Translations under genes and position numbers: made by a program
Shown: positions 1-13,902 of the stretch, in pieces
Numbering within the stretch: position 1 is the first letter of the stretch
Layout of the letters: every line of letters begins with the position of its first letter
Source: Octopus sinensis
Taxonomy: Eukaryota
DNA length: 64,000 nt
Reading direction: 5' to 3'
Assembly: GCF_006345805.1 (NCBI RefSeq)
Contig: NC_043000.1
Coordinates: 155,434,001 to 155,498,000 of the forward strand
The notes under the pieces: generated by a model
Database searches by the model: none
Seen by the model: only the letters and a program-made list of their open reading frames with translations
What the model was told of the DNA's origin: nothing

Positions 1-1140
1 AAGTCAGGTGGTAGTAGCCAATGGGGCCACCGCCAATAACACGCAAATAGTGAGCGGTGTTCCGCAAGGCACTGTTTTGGGACCACTACTGTTTATAATG
101 GACCTCTCAGACATACCGTCAGCCACGCAGAGAGCCACGATCACAAGTTATGCAGATGATACAAAAGTTTCACAGGCAATACAGAACCCTGAAGACACTA
201 TGCACCTGCAATGTGAGCTGGACAAAATATACAAGTGGGTTGAAAAGAATAGCATGCAGTTCAATGCTGAAAAGTTTCAAGCTCTATGCTATCAGCATGC
301 AAAACTAAATGCAATACTTAATAAATACACGGGACCTGGAGGGATTGCAATCCCAGAGGAACAATCAGTGCGAGACCTGGGTATTTACATGAGTGATGAT
401 GCAACCTTTCATGTGCATGTTGCTAAATTGGCAATGAAATGTAGGCGGCTGACCGGGTGGATTCTTAGAACCTTTAGAACAAGAGACCAGGAAACCATGA
501 TGGTCCTCTGGAGGACACTTATCCTAAGCCACTTTGACTATTGCTCTCAGCTATGGTCATCATCCAGTGTCAAATTAATCACAGAACTTGAGGCGATCCA
601 ACGAAGCTACACGAAGAAGATAGCCTCTGTGCAGCATATAAGCTACTAGGAAAGACTCTATTCCTTAGAGCGTAGGCGAGAAAGATATGCCATAATATAC
701 ATCTGGAAGATCCTAGAAGGACTTGTCCCAAACTTTGGCATCGAGAGTTATACAAATGCTAGAACTGGGCGCCACTGCATAGTGCCAAGGACTCCAAATT
801 TGCCATCAAGATGTAGGACAAGATACTGCAATAGCCTGGGCTTCAGAGGCCCACAGCTCTTCAATATCCACCCGAAGAACCTGAGAGACCTGCATGGGGT
901 GGATGCAGATGTCTTTAAAATGAAACTGGATCTCTTCTTGTCAGGTGTCCCAGATGAACCAACTTCACGGCAGGAGGTGCAGATGAGGGCAGTTGTATCG
1001 AACTCTCTCATGCACCAAATGGCAATTGCTAAAAAGCATTCGTGAAGTAAAACCATGTAGCAACACCAAATGGCGGTGCCCCAGCATGGCCACAGTTCGT
1101 GAGCTGAAACTAGATAGAATAAAAAAAATAAATAAAATAA
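1..1140 (+). mobile_element. LINE 3' portion (CR1/L2-type), RT and C-terminus pseudogene, cut by the window edge
   Basis: ORF 8-649 has the RT motifs SGVPQGTVLGPLLF and YADD, then RDLG and HFDYCSQLW. After the TAG at 647 and a frameshift it continues YSLERRRERY..IWKIL and SLGFRGPQLFN. A short 3'UTR and A-rich tail end at about 1140. Confidence 0.9.
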
Positions 1141-1142
1141 TA

Positions 1143-1555
1143 CTCTTAGTCTCTCTTTTACTCTTTTACTTGTTTCAGTCATTTGACTGCGGCCATGCTG
1201 GAGCACTGCCTTTAGTCGAGCAAATTAACCCCAGGACCTATTTTTTGCAAGTCTAGTACTTATTCTATCGGTCTCTTTTGCCGAACTGCTAAGTTACGGG
1301 GACGTAAACACACCAGCATCGGTTGTCAAGTGATGTTGGTGGGACAAACACAAACACAAACACACACACACACATATATATATACATATATACGACGGGC
1401 TTCTTTCACTTTCCGTCGACCAAATCCACTCACAAGGCTTTGATCGGCCCAAGGCTATAGTAGAAGACACCTGCCCAAGGTGCCACGCAGTGGGACTGAA
1501 CCCGGAACCATGTGGTTGGTAAGCAAACTACTTACTACACAGCCACTCCTGCGCC
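1143..1555 (-). mobile_element. SINE-A (tRNA-derived head, internal TA/TG microsatellite, (AAAAGAGT)n tail)
   Basis: Head GGCGCAGGAGTGGCTGTG..GGTTCAGTCCC has A/B-box-like motifs. About 14 copies are visible in the window. Confidence 0.9.
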
Positions 1556-1617
1556 TAGCTACTTACCACACAGACACAGCCACATGTATATACATACTTA
1601 TTTGCATACCACCATAT

Positions 1618-2889
1618 ATACGGAAGTGGTAACAAAAAAGTACTCGAACTTGTTCAGATGGCAGCACACGGTTGCGTGCGCAGTGAGAGCTAGCAGTGAC
1701 TTTCATGAGGCTGTGTGTCAAGTGACGTCACCGTTTTTACTTTGCAGTTGTGAAATTTGTGCTTTTGCGATTACGTATATGCTGTAGTCTGCAATTTTTG
1801 TCATAGACAGTTGGAAGAAAGAGCCAACGGGAAATGTTAGGTTAAACATGGAAAGTCTACTACGGAGATATTGAGTATACTTCGACAAGCTTACGGCGAC
1901 GAGACAGTGGGTCATACACAATGTTTCGAGTGGCACGGGCGCTTCAAAAGCGGAGGAACGTCCCCAGACGTTTTCCTCCCTCATACGCAGTATTGTACAT
2001 CGTGAGTTCTTCTCCCAGGGCTAAACCGTTAATTGAGAGTTCTACTGCGATGTTTTGAGGGAGGACATTAGACGAAAGCAACCAAATCTGTGGAACGTGA
2101 AGAATTGGATTCTTCACGACGACAATACACCCTGTCACCTCACTCGTCTGTTTCTTGCCAAAAACGACATGGTATCGCTTCTGCACCCGCTCCATTTGCC
2201 AAATTTAGCATCTGTGGACTTCTGTATCTTCACCAAGATGAAAATGCAGCTCAAAGGACACCGTTTTAACACTGTTGTTGAGATCTAGAGAGAATCCCGG
2301 AAGGTCTTCCACTCGCTTACGGAGAATTGCTTCAAGGCTGGTTCCAAAAGTGACTTGAATGCTGGTACCGGTGAGCTGGCAGAAACGTAAGCACGCCAGA
2401 CGAAATGCGTAGCTGTATTTCGTCTGCCGTTACGTTCTGCGTTCAAATTCCGCCGATGTCGACTTTGCCTTTCATCCTTTCGGAGTCGATAAATTAAGTA
2501 CCAGTTACGCACTGGGGTCGATATAATCGACTTAATCCGTTTGTCTGTCCTTGTTTGCCCTCTCTGTGTGTAGCCCCTTGTGGGTAATAAAGAAATAGGT
2601 ATTTCATCTGACGCTACGTTCTGAGTTCATATTCTGCCAAGGTCGACTTTGCCTTTCATCCGTTCGCGGTCGATTAAAAAAGTACCAGTTATGCACTGGT
2701 GTCGATATTATCGACTTAATTCGTTTGCCTGTCCTTGTTTGTCCCCTCTGTGTGTAGCCCCTTGTGGGCAATAAAGAAATATGAATGCTGGGACCGGTGT
2801 ACTACTGCGCAAGGTGAAATTTCGAAGGAGATGAAGTTACTTTTTACAAGACATAACTAATCCGAAAACTTTTTGATACTTTTGATACA
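1618..2889 (+). mobile_element. Mariner-type transposon, internally deleted, interrupted by SINE-B
   Basis: Transposase remnants AYGDETVGHTQCFEWHGRFKSG and WILHDDNTPCH..HPLHLPNLASVDFCIFTKMKMQLKGHRF (cf. mariner HDNA..H and HPPYSPDLAP motifs). Degenerate TIRs at about 1618-1650 and 2856-2889. Confidence 0.8.
2369..2781 (+). mobile_element. SINE-B with tandem duplication of its 3' two-thirds
   Basis: Contains GAGCTGGCAGAAACG..GTTCAAATTCCGCC..GCCTTTCATCCTTTCGG..GTACCAG. The second unit spans about 2598-2781. 18-bp TSD TGAATGCTGG(T/G)ACCGGTG at 2356-2373 and 2782-2799. Confidence 0.9.
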
Positions 2890-3346
2890 TGCGCGAACGT
2901 ATTTTTATGGGTGTGTAAAAACAAAAAGATTCATTTAAAAATAATTTGGTTTCTTTTCTAAGGCAATGACAGAGACGGATGAAAATATTCATAAAGTATA
3001 AACTCACAAGTGGACATGCAAATATATATTTTTTATAAATATTAACTTACTCTGCATTGTTTTTTCTAATTATTTGTTTTTTTTCTCATTATGTATTGAA
3101 GCAAACCTCGTGTGTTTCCACTTGAATACGTCAATTTAATCCACAACTAAGTAAAGGTGTGAGGTGCTTCGCAGCGATGGGTTTGAATTTTAAGACAGTC
3201 TGAAAATATACTTGTAGAAAGTGAAAAAAAATATGCCGACTATATTCGCTGAAAGATAAAATTTCAGATACCAGCCATCATTTCCTGTTTCTGGTTGGTA
3301 GCTTCCGGTTCGCGTGTGTGTACAGAAGCGTATACATACAATAACA

Positions 3347-3414
3347 AGAGAGAGAGAGAGAGAGAGAGTGTGTGTGTGTGTGTGCGTGTGTGTGTGCGTG
3401 TGTGTATGTGTGTG

Positions 3415-3492
<78 letters not shown>

Positions 3493-3526
3493 CGTGTGTG
3501 TGTGTGTGTGTGTGAGTGTGTGTGTG
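3347..3526. repeat. (GA)n(GT)n microsatellite
   Basis: Read directly from the sequence. Confidence 0.95.
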
Positions 3527-3804
3527 ATAATTCAATAGATCGAGTTCCTTCTGTTTAACTAAGATACATTGTTTAAAAATACAGAAATAGTTGTACACTT
3601 CAGAAGATAAAATTCATCGCAAAACTAATAGTTGTGTTGAGAAGAATAAAGATTAACGACGTCCGAATAACATTATCACTTACCTCTAACCAGTACCAAC
3701 CCCCATCACTCTCTCTACTACTTACACACTGACAGGATCTCAATCTGTAAATAACATGTTTTCTAAGCTCCAGCATCGTCACCGACCCATTCCCCCAAGA
3801 TAAA

Positions 3805-4284
<480 letters not shown>

Positions 4285-4518
4285 ACCAGTGATGTTTCCT
4301 AACCACCGCACTCATCACTCATACGATGAGTGTTTTCATACAGTAATATATCGATAAATTATCTTGGCATTTCGTCCAGTAAATAACTGATACTCAGCAG
4401 GAAGAGCATCGATCCCAGGATATGTCTATGTGGTACGTCTGTGTTGCGTTCATGAATTTTAGAAGACGGGAAGATAGTAGAAACTTTGGGACTTCTCCCT
4501 TTCAGGAATAATTATATA

Positions 4519-4680
4519 GGCGCAGGAGTGGCTGTGTGGTAAGAGATTTGCTTACAAACCACATGGCTCCAGGTTTAGTCCCACTGTGTGACATTTTGGG
4601 CAAGTGCCTTCTGCTATAGCCTCGGGACGACCAAAGCCTTGTGAGTGGATTTGGTAGACGGAACTGAAAGAAGCCCGTCG

Positions 4681-4711
<31 letters not shown>

Positions 4712-4721
4712 TCGTGTGTGT

Positions 4722-4762
<41 letters not shown>

Positions 4763-4977
4763 TTGTGTGCCTGTGTTTGTACAACCAACATCGCTTGACA
4801 ACCGATGCTGGTGTGGTTACGTCCCCGTAACATAGCGGTTCGGTAAAAGAGACCGATGGAATAAGTAATAGGTTTACAGAGAATAAGTCCTGGGGTCGAT
4901 TTGCTCGTCTGAAGGCGGTGCTCCAGCATGGCCGCACTCAAATGACTGAAACAAGTAAATGAGTAAAAGAGTAAAAG
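4519..4977 (+). mobile_element. SINE-A
   Basis: Full head-to-tail match to the other copies, with an expanded internal microsatellite. Confidence 0.9.
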
Positions 4978-5039
4978 CGTAATGGAAAGAAAAAAGAAGC
5001 CCCGCCAAGGTAAACCGGTCAGCTTATGAAACAACGATT

Positions 5040-7300
5040 TATGCCATACTTAGTTCAACGGTTTAGAAATATCCAAGAGCAATAACATTAATATCAATGT
5101 TGCTATCCACCGTATACTTATCCTGTGAGCGATGACACTTATCAGCAATGGATCTCGAAAACCAAAAAACTATATTGTTTGTCACAAGTAAGATTGATCT
5201 ATTTATATGTTTAACTGATAGGACTAAACAGCTTGATTTTGATGTTCAATAGTCGAATGCGGTTTTTATCGAGATGAAAAGATACCGTCACTAGAGTTCT
5301 TGAAAACTGGTCGAACTACAAACTTCTCTGAGCTGAGGAATCCCTTCTCCTTGAGACAACAGCTGAATTACTTCGCTGGAGTTGGAAATGTCTCAGTGAG
5401 TAAGGTTTATCATCACAATCACTCGGAATTGATTTGGGCCAGTGGCTTTTTTCATTTTGGGAGATCAAAACTATAAATTTAGAAATCCCCCTTGACTAAT
5501 CGTCCAAATTCAGGTAGAAAGAAATTATTATGGGTGGGGATCTCCTGCAAAAGCCGAGAGAGTAATCAAGTGTGGAATTTCATGCAAATTTAGGAAATTT
5601 GTCTGAGGACAATGAGATTTTTTGAAGTCTCTTGGTGATTGTGAGAATGGGAGATTGGCACGGTTAATTATTCGACTAGTTATTCTCCGTAATTCACGTA
5701 AACCTTCTGATCCAAATCTGAAGCGGTTTCAACGTAACTAGTACTGACGTCCTTTAGCACTCTTTGGCACTGGTTACGTTCAGAGCAAGATGTTTCTGAA
5801 CTTATGTAACACTGAGTTTGGTTATAAAGGTGAAAATAATGGTTGCGAGACCAATAGCAAATGTACATTCCAGAGTAAACGAAAGTTGAAAGTAAAGTTT
5901 TTGTCAGTATGTGCGAAAAAGAATGATGGAATCCAGTCAGGACCCAGTCAGCAATCAGATGCAACTTTTCATGCACTAGATCTGCAAAAACATTCAAGTA
6001 CAGTATCAACCGAGAAAAAAATACTTCCTAATCCACTATAGAGTATCTAATCGCAGTCCAACGCAACGGCACACGAAAATACTCTTTGCTCTGTACACCA
6101 TAACCACTAATGCTAAATAGGCGTTTCTTCTATATGTGGAGATAACGCAATTGCCTCTCAAAAAAATAGAACTTCTAGACACCAAGAACTCAAGTATATT
6201 AAGATTTTCATTACCGACGGATGGAACAATAAGTGAAAAATCAATAATTTGAGTTCGTGTGTATGTATGCATAAATATGTGTACGTAATTATAAAAGCAT
6301 TCGAGAGATGATACCTCGTTCCGTCATTATTCAAAATTTTTCAACACTTGCGATCCAGAAGAATCGAACAAGATTAGAAACTATCTGGGAGATGGAAATC
6401 TCTTATTAAACACCATCAGGCATCTCAGAGAAATCGTACTGTGTCTCTCAACAAAGCAGCCTCTTCATATTTATTTCAAATTTTGGCACAAGGCCAGCAA
6501 TTCGGAGAAGGGAATAAGTCTTCTACATTGACCCCAGTTTTCAACTGGTATTTATTTTATTGACTTTTATCGACCTTGAAAGAATGAAACACAAAGTCAG
6601 CTTCGGCGGAATTTGAACTCATAACGCAATGACGAACGAAATGCGTCTAATTTTTTTGCTCGGAGTTCTAACGCTTCAGTCAACTTGCTAGCTTAAGTAG
6701 CTTCCTCATATTGTTTGAACAGAACCAACAAGAAACTGGGAGACCAGTGCTCTCTAATCAATGTTACCTCTGCGCACGGAAATATAAAAACGATGCTAAA
6801 TAAAAACGCTTGCATTTGTTGTTCAGATTCACGATATCCTTCCAACTGATCAAACCTGCACTCGTCGTCACTTGGCCATTGTCAGACGGCTTTTAGTACA
6901 AAACTAAATAAAGAAAATAAGTAGATGAGTCATCTATACACTAGTGGACTATAGTGTTATACGTTTGTACGATACGTAAACCAATCTCTAAATATCCATA
7001 GCTAAACACCCAGTGATATACATCTAGAGCAACTACTTCAACTGCAGGTTATACGACAAAGACCTTTTCCAGACATTTTGAATGTAAAGGATACCCATAA
7101 GATAGTTTAGACTGTATTTTGATTATTCTACCTCAAATATATTTTATTAAACACGCCGATGCAAATCTGAGTATTCCTATGCTTCCACTGCAAATTATAT
7201 ATACCGAGATTGTTGCTTTTTATATGAGATTTCTATCTCTTTGTTTGTCATCCCTGCTATTCTTCAGGATTGTAAATGGTAAGAAACTTAGAGTAGCAAC
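5040..7300 (+). mobile_element. Possible highly degraded hAT-like transposase remnants
   Basis: Only faint motifs by eye: RFLS..TVTRVLENW (about 5260-5310, cf. RWLS..V.R.LEQW), LCNTEFGY (BED-finger-like, about 5800) and FLILFE (about 6705). Confidence 0.3.
6472..6694 (-). mobile_element. SINE-B, diverged, alternative 3' tail
   Basis: Reverse-complement match to the SINE-B core. TSD 6454-6471 vs 6695-6712 (15/18 identical). Confidence 0.8.
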
Positions 7301-7313
7301 GGAACGAATCCTC

Positions 7314-7727
7314 ACACATACATACATACGTACATACATACATGCGCACATACATACATACATACATACATACATACATACATACATACATACATACATA
7401 CGTACATACATACATACATACATACATACATTTATATATACATACATACACACAAACATACACACATACATACATACATACACACATACATACATACATA
7501 CATACATACATACATACATACATACATACGTACATACATACATATATATATATATACATACATACATACATTTATATATACATACATACACACATACATA
7601 CATACGTACATACATACATACATACATACATACATACATCCGTACGTACATACATACATGCGCACATACATACATACACACATACATACATACGTACATA
7701 CATACATATATATATATATATTATATA

Positions 7728-7762
<35 letters not shown>
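7314..7762. repeat. (TACA)n/(TA)n microsatellite
   Basis: Read directly from the sequence. Confidence 0.95.
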
Positions 7763-7810
7763 CTTTGATACTTTGATACTTTGATAGGTTTCGGCCATTA
7801 TTGGCCCAGG

Positions 7811-7852
<42 letters not shown>

Positions 7853-8683
7853 TACACCTGGATAATTAACTTTAAACCTGACAGAGATTTTTGCATATTG
7901 AAATCAACTTACATAAAATATTCTATTCACTTCCGGCCAAGGATCGGCATCAATAGCATTTTTTCATCCAAATATTCTATATTTAAATTGCTACGTAATA
8001 GACATAGGAACGAAAGTCCCTCCAGTTGTCACTGAACTATCTTGAAAAGAAGGATACGTTTTATAATGTAATGTGTGATCATAGCTGAAACATTTTCTTT
8101 TTTTTTTTTTTACAGGTCTAATCAATCACAGCTGATCTGATGCCAACAACAAAATAACAACTTTTACTGAACTCCTATGCAAATGTTAATGTGTACGAGA
8201 TATTTTCTATTGAAATGAAAGAAAAAACTGTGTCAGCAACTGCAGCAGAGTAGTTCTTAAAGAATCAAATCTTTGAATGTAAGGTCTATGATAAGGCATA
8301 TTGAAGTCACATGTGTTAGGAATATGTAAGATGGAATATGTAGAGGATATGTAGTATACTGGATGACAATAAAGCGAGTAAAGGAATGAGAACTGAATAG
8401 AGGGTGAAAAATATAGAAAACATTTTTATCAATAAGGGAGCAGCTGTGATATGCTCTACGTAGGAAAGGATATGGAAATGAAGTAACTAAAGGATTAGAT
8501 AAGATAGAAATACATAACAGTAAATAAATATAGTGTCATAAACACTGTAACACTTTTTAAATAATTCAAATAAAGTTAAGATACCGATCACATTGACATC
8601 AAACCAGCAATTCGTAATTTTCTTTTCGCAATAGATTTCAAGTGGCTTACCATTTGATCAGCATCTGGTACTTATTGCAACTT

Positions 8684-9031
8684 TTTTTATATGGCAATCC
8701 CTCAAGGTCGAGGATGATGGTCTTCGCGCAAATTTACTGGTGAGTCCGTAGGTGACCGATAAGACCAATTCTTGCTTGAAAAGATCGGTCGCAGTGCGGA
8801 CATCTAGTGCCGGAAGGGAGAGTCGCACCTGGTTGTTGTTGGCGCTCCTTCCGTCGTCGTCTTTTCTCCTCCAACTCTGCAGACCTTTTCGACTCGAAAG
8901 TCGCCGTTCCTTCATGGATGGTGGTTTTCTAGAGTGGTCTGTTTTTTAAGAAACGCTACAAGGACTCCCTGAAAACGAACCTCAAAAAGTGTGACATCGA
9001 CATCACTAACTGGGAGGAAACGGCAAAAAAC
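8684..9031 (-). mobile_element. RTE-clade LINE 3' end with inverted 5' segment
   Basis: Minus strand 8947-8734 reads KNRPL*KTTIHEGTATFESKRSAELEEKRRRRKER..CPHCDRSFQARIGLIGHLRTHQ*, then a 3'UTR and poly(A). Plus strand 8948-9031 reads KKRYKDSLKTNLKKCDIDITNWEETAKN. Confidence 0.85.
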
Positions 9032-9188
9032 GGCATTCCAACTTACACGCATGTACACACACATATACACGCATGCGCGGGTAATATGATGAAATTCTAG
9101 TTTAATTTATGACCTGTATTTTTAAAGCAGGTTTTCAACACAGTCAATCCTTGTGTCATCATACTGGAAAGGATGCAAGGAAAAAGCG

Positions 9189-9320
9189 AATTCCAGCGAG
9201 GTCGACTTTACCTTTCATCCTTTCGGGGTTGATGAAATAAGTACAAATTAAGCATTGGGGGTCGATGTAATCGACTTAGACCCTCCACTGAAATTTCTGA
9301 CCTAATCCCAAATTCGAAAC
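9189..9320 (+). mobile_element. SINE-B fragment, alternative tail
   Basis: Core AGGTCGACTTTACCTTTCATCCTTTCGGGG is present. Confidence 0.8.
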
Positions 9321-9899
9321 TGGTTTTGTTTAGCGCACATATCAGACTTGAACTTGTCATCTATAATTCAAAATGTTCCAACCAATAATATTGTTGTATA
9401 TTTTTACAAGCAGCAGACTATAATATCCAACGGCGTGGTGATCTTTCTTTTCCAAGGCAGCAGTCTTTCATTTGCGAGGGATTTGATGCTACTTCTTAGA
9501 GCCCGAGCGATTACTCAGAGACTCATTCACTGACGTAACTATGCTGTTGTGTCGTATGCACTGTGTAAGAAATAATGACGCCTTTGGATAGAAAGAAGCG
9601 TTATGTAGTAAAACACTATTCCGGCACGAATATTATTCCTTAAAATAAGCTAAGAATCTATCAATCTAAATATTACGTGAGGAAAACATTATTGTCGATA
9701 AGGTATTGTAGGGGAATAGCTGATGATGAAAAAGAACTAGGTAAGATAATTATTGAAAGGCTAGTGTATGAAGAAAGGAAGTGCAAAAGAAATGCATTGT
9801 AATTAACCGAACTGGGACTTAGATTTTGGTTTATCCATCATTTTATTTGATAGCTTTATCAACTAAACTATACAACAAAGTACCGCTTTAAGCATAACA

Positions 9900-11400
9900 T
9901 TTTTCTTTTTTACGATTCTTTGTCCGATCTATCATTCATTTTTAGAGTTGGCTGTGTCATTGCATTTACTTATTCTAACGTAAACTTGTTCAAATATTTC
10001 AGCTATCTTCATCATTCTAATAATTTTTATCTGTAGACATTATTAATGCAGGATCTGAAGTATATTTTAGTGCCGCTAAACAAAGTTCTTTTAGTTTCTA
10101 AGAAACTGGAAAATTGCCATGTCTTCTTCTAAATGATATATCTATTTTACTATAAATAAGTGAAAAATTATTTTCATTTCTTGGCAGTTAGCATCTGAAG
10201 AAACTAATTTTATTCAGGAAGATGAAAAAGTTTTTTTGATTAATTACAGAAAGCAATATGTTTAATATGGATTGACCTCTTCAGCTTAATTCTGTCGTGG
10301 TGAGTAATCCTGAAAAAAGAAAGAAAATGGTTGATGATGTATGATTACTAATTAATGCAGTTAAACTCTCGATTAGCCAACAAAGTCTCAATTTTGAACA
10401 TTTTTCATATTCACTTCTATCTTTTATATTAGCATTAAATGAAAAACGTTGATCTCACATATTTTCAAGATGTTCCTATGCCTCGTTTATTGCTAATAAA
10501 TACCATCACAAACGGTATTGAAATTGTTATGGTAAAGCTGAACTTACTGGAATAATTTGCCTTTTTGCTGTTTATAGATTTGAAACACCTGCACAGGGAG
10601 TTATTACTATTTATTTGCAGACATTACCTCTGTTAATCGAAGAATTTCAACGCATTATAATGATACTCTGATATGTTTATTTGGCATTAGGAACACACAT
10701 CTGAGATAAATTTCTACAGCTCTGGTTGTTAATGTTTATAATCAACGTCACTACATTCCCTCTATTTCTATGTACACTGATATCTTCTAACTTTACCAAT
10801 CTGTGCTAAATATGCTTCACTGACCAGATCTAAGAAAATCGAAACCTTTCCTTTGCTTTTACCGGTCGGATTCAAAGTCTCTACTTTCAGTTGGAAAGTC
10901 TTTATTTCCCAAATATTTGAATAAGCTGAAAACATACGGTTATTTCCTTTGCTTGTTTTAGAACTTACACATCTCTGGATGGATTGTTTGCCTTCTAATT
11001 GCCAGGATACTCTCAGGTGATTGACATTTTCAATTCACTATATTATATTTGTGAGACTCTGCCGTATGCGCATAATATAAGTACTGAAACTAATAATGAA
11101 CGTCATTATCTGGCTACTCCGTAAACAGTTTTGAAAACTACGCCATAATTTAAAGTGGTGTCAAAAGCTTAGCCTTTACATTTCCTCTTTAAACATTTCG
11201 AAATTTGTTTGGCTTTATATAATTATTGCAACTGAACAGTCTACTAAAGTTCAACCATATTCTTTACTCTATTTATCTCCAATAAGAACGACTAAACTTC
11301 CAGACACCCATATAGGAATACAATATTTAGAAAAATGCCACAGATTAAAGCTATACATCTCTAGTTACTTAACTCTGACTAATTCACATTAATGATTTTC
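9900..11400 (-). mobile_element. Possible degraded hAT (Tip100/ZMYM1-like) transposase fossil
   Basis: Minus-strand remnants in the expected order: RIWLNFS (about 11250, TTF-zinc-finger-like), LAIR (about 11000) and KSINSKKA (about 10570). Many stops and frameshifts; boundaries are approximate. Confidence 0.4.
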
Positions 11401-12461
11401 TGATGGCTTTGTAAATCGCAGTTCAGCTGGCTAGATATTGCAAGGGCCCACTTTACCGAGTTAGAGGTAATTATGGAATACACTTCGCATTCATAAAATG
11501 AGTATCTGATAAAAATAATGGCATTCACATTATTGACGTGATTTTCGTCAATGATTAAACTCAATTCACTTTCTTTATTAGCCATTATCCTCGTTTGTGT
11601 CACATCACTTATTATGAGAAAAGTTTATTTCCACGGGTTCTTAAATTTCATCTCATTTCTTCCAAAGTTTTATGAGAGTCATCAATCTTATTCCACGTAT
11701 ACAGAATCTCTGCCTATAATAAAACAGAATAATATATGTTGCCTCATAAATCTGGATATATTTTATGCATAATTAAAACTACTGATGTTAAAATACATTA
11801 AGCTAATCCATTGCAACTTCAGTTCGCTGAATTATGTTGTCATAAGCCATGCTGTGCATGGTTTCTAAACACACGATCTGCACTAACGCAATTTCACTGA
11901 AATCTGTACATAGATTTAACTGGTGAAAATTTGTTCACTATTTAATTATTTTGTACACAGGTAAAGCAATAATCCAAGATTTAATGTCTGCATAGACTCT
12001 TTAGATATATTTCTCTATGTTTTATTATCCTCTCGACATTGGTGGGAGAAAATATGAGTTGATATGTTTATGTTTTCCAAAAGCCATTTACGACCTAACA
12101 TAAGAGAAATGGCTGTACCCAGAAATCAGCAACTCACTGGCAGTATACAATTTCTCTCTATAAAAAAGTAGATATTTAATGGCATACTCGAAGTACAGCA
12201 CGAAACTATTTATGGAATATAGACTAATGACTAACAAGCTGGATAGATTTTTTTCCCCAAGAAGCAGATGCCGGTGGCACTGTCTTCTTCCAAATATGTT
12301 TTTCAAATAACATTTACTTTTCCACTTGTAAGTGTATATGACTTTGTTTTGCCACAGCACCAAAGCTATAATGATCCCATATTCTTTATCTTCTTCTGAT
12401 ATACAATTAATGTTTTAGGCAGAAACGCGTAAGAGCTGCAATATTGAACCTTACCCATAAC

Positions 12462-12492
<31 letters not shown>

Positions 12493-13902
12493 TCAAGAAT
12501 TTGGACCTGGAGATCTCCATTTTCAGCGACTTCGAGAGCCACCTCCCAGTGGTGTCGGGCGTTAACGAAGAGCCCTCGACAACAACAAGACGACCAAAGT
12601 TTTGTTTTCGAAGGTCTGGGGGTCTCCCGCCCCTAAGCCCTAGACCATCACCTAATCACCCTTACCCGTCTTGTTGCTTAACAACAACAACAACAGCAGC
12701 AGCAGCAGAGGTGAACGAAAACTGAATTCAGTCGGAAATTGACAGACGACGTGATGGCATACATTATCCTTGAACATTTAACCGACAAGAATTCGAAATT
12801 AATAATTACCGAATTAACTCTTCTCACCCATTTCTTTCACAATGTTTAGCAGTTTCAAATGCTTGGTGCATTCAGATGAATTTATTTGTAAGGAAAGCAA
12901 TATAGTTCATGAAGTTTGTCTCGTATATAACTGGTTCTTATTAATATCTAATCAAATAGTACAGAAATAAAATATTGAGGACAAAGTAAAATAGAAGGGA
13001 GACAAAATGATATTCGCTATTATGGTGAATGAAAACATCAGTGCCTAATAAACAGATATTTAGTTCACAGCCTAAATTCCTAGCCATGTCAATATCCTAA
13101 ATAATAATATTAACTAATATTATATTATAAATTGATCGGGATCGGCTGGCAGTTAATAACTTCATCAATATTATGATACAAAATAGTAAGTACACTATGT
13201 AATATTCTATATCAAATTATCTGCTGCGAGAGATCAGTAGTCAAATTGTTTTGAACCTACTATTGTTATTTTTCAACACTACACCAGCTCTGGTCAAGGA
13301 GAATGCTTATTTAAAGAGCATATCAGCTTTGATCATTGAGCCTTGCCTGTAAAAAAAAAAACTATATCATAGAGAATATAAAACTATGCGATATATGGAT
13401 ATTGTCATGGTTGAAGCGAACACTTTTTGTTAATAATTTTGTATGTTGGGCTTTCATAAAGGCCTGTATTAATTGACTATAAGAACCATTGTAGATTTTC
13501 TCAATAAATCTATCACAAAACGCTTTTACCATCGATAGATGGGTTTGAAACAATGTCCTTAATAGTGGCCTGAAGTCGTATAATGATATATAATGTATAG
13601 ATTTGTGTGTCGTTAGATAATGATATATGTATATGTATGTGTATACACACATACACACACGCGCACGCACACACGCATATTTCGTTTTTGTATTTGGTTT
13701 GCAAGATTCTTTATGGGAATTCGTGTATTGAAGCATATTTGTTTGAAGTGGTTGCAAGAAGCAACGAAAATTTTAGAAATAAAATAAAGAATAAATAAGT
13801 AAATGAGTGGAAATTGATGCAGTGAGAGTGTTAATTAATAAGGCATTAAAATAGAATGACTCTCGCCAGACACAACAATATATATGTATGTACATTACAT
13901 AG

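Noticed and set aside
8658-8915. 85-aa ORF in the track
   Set aside because: Wrong frame: the meaningful reading is the RTE C-terminus in another minus-strand frame.
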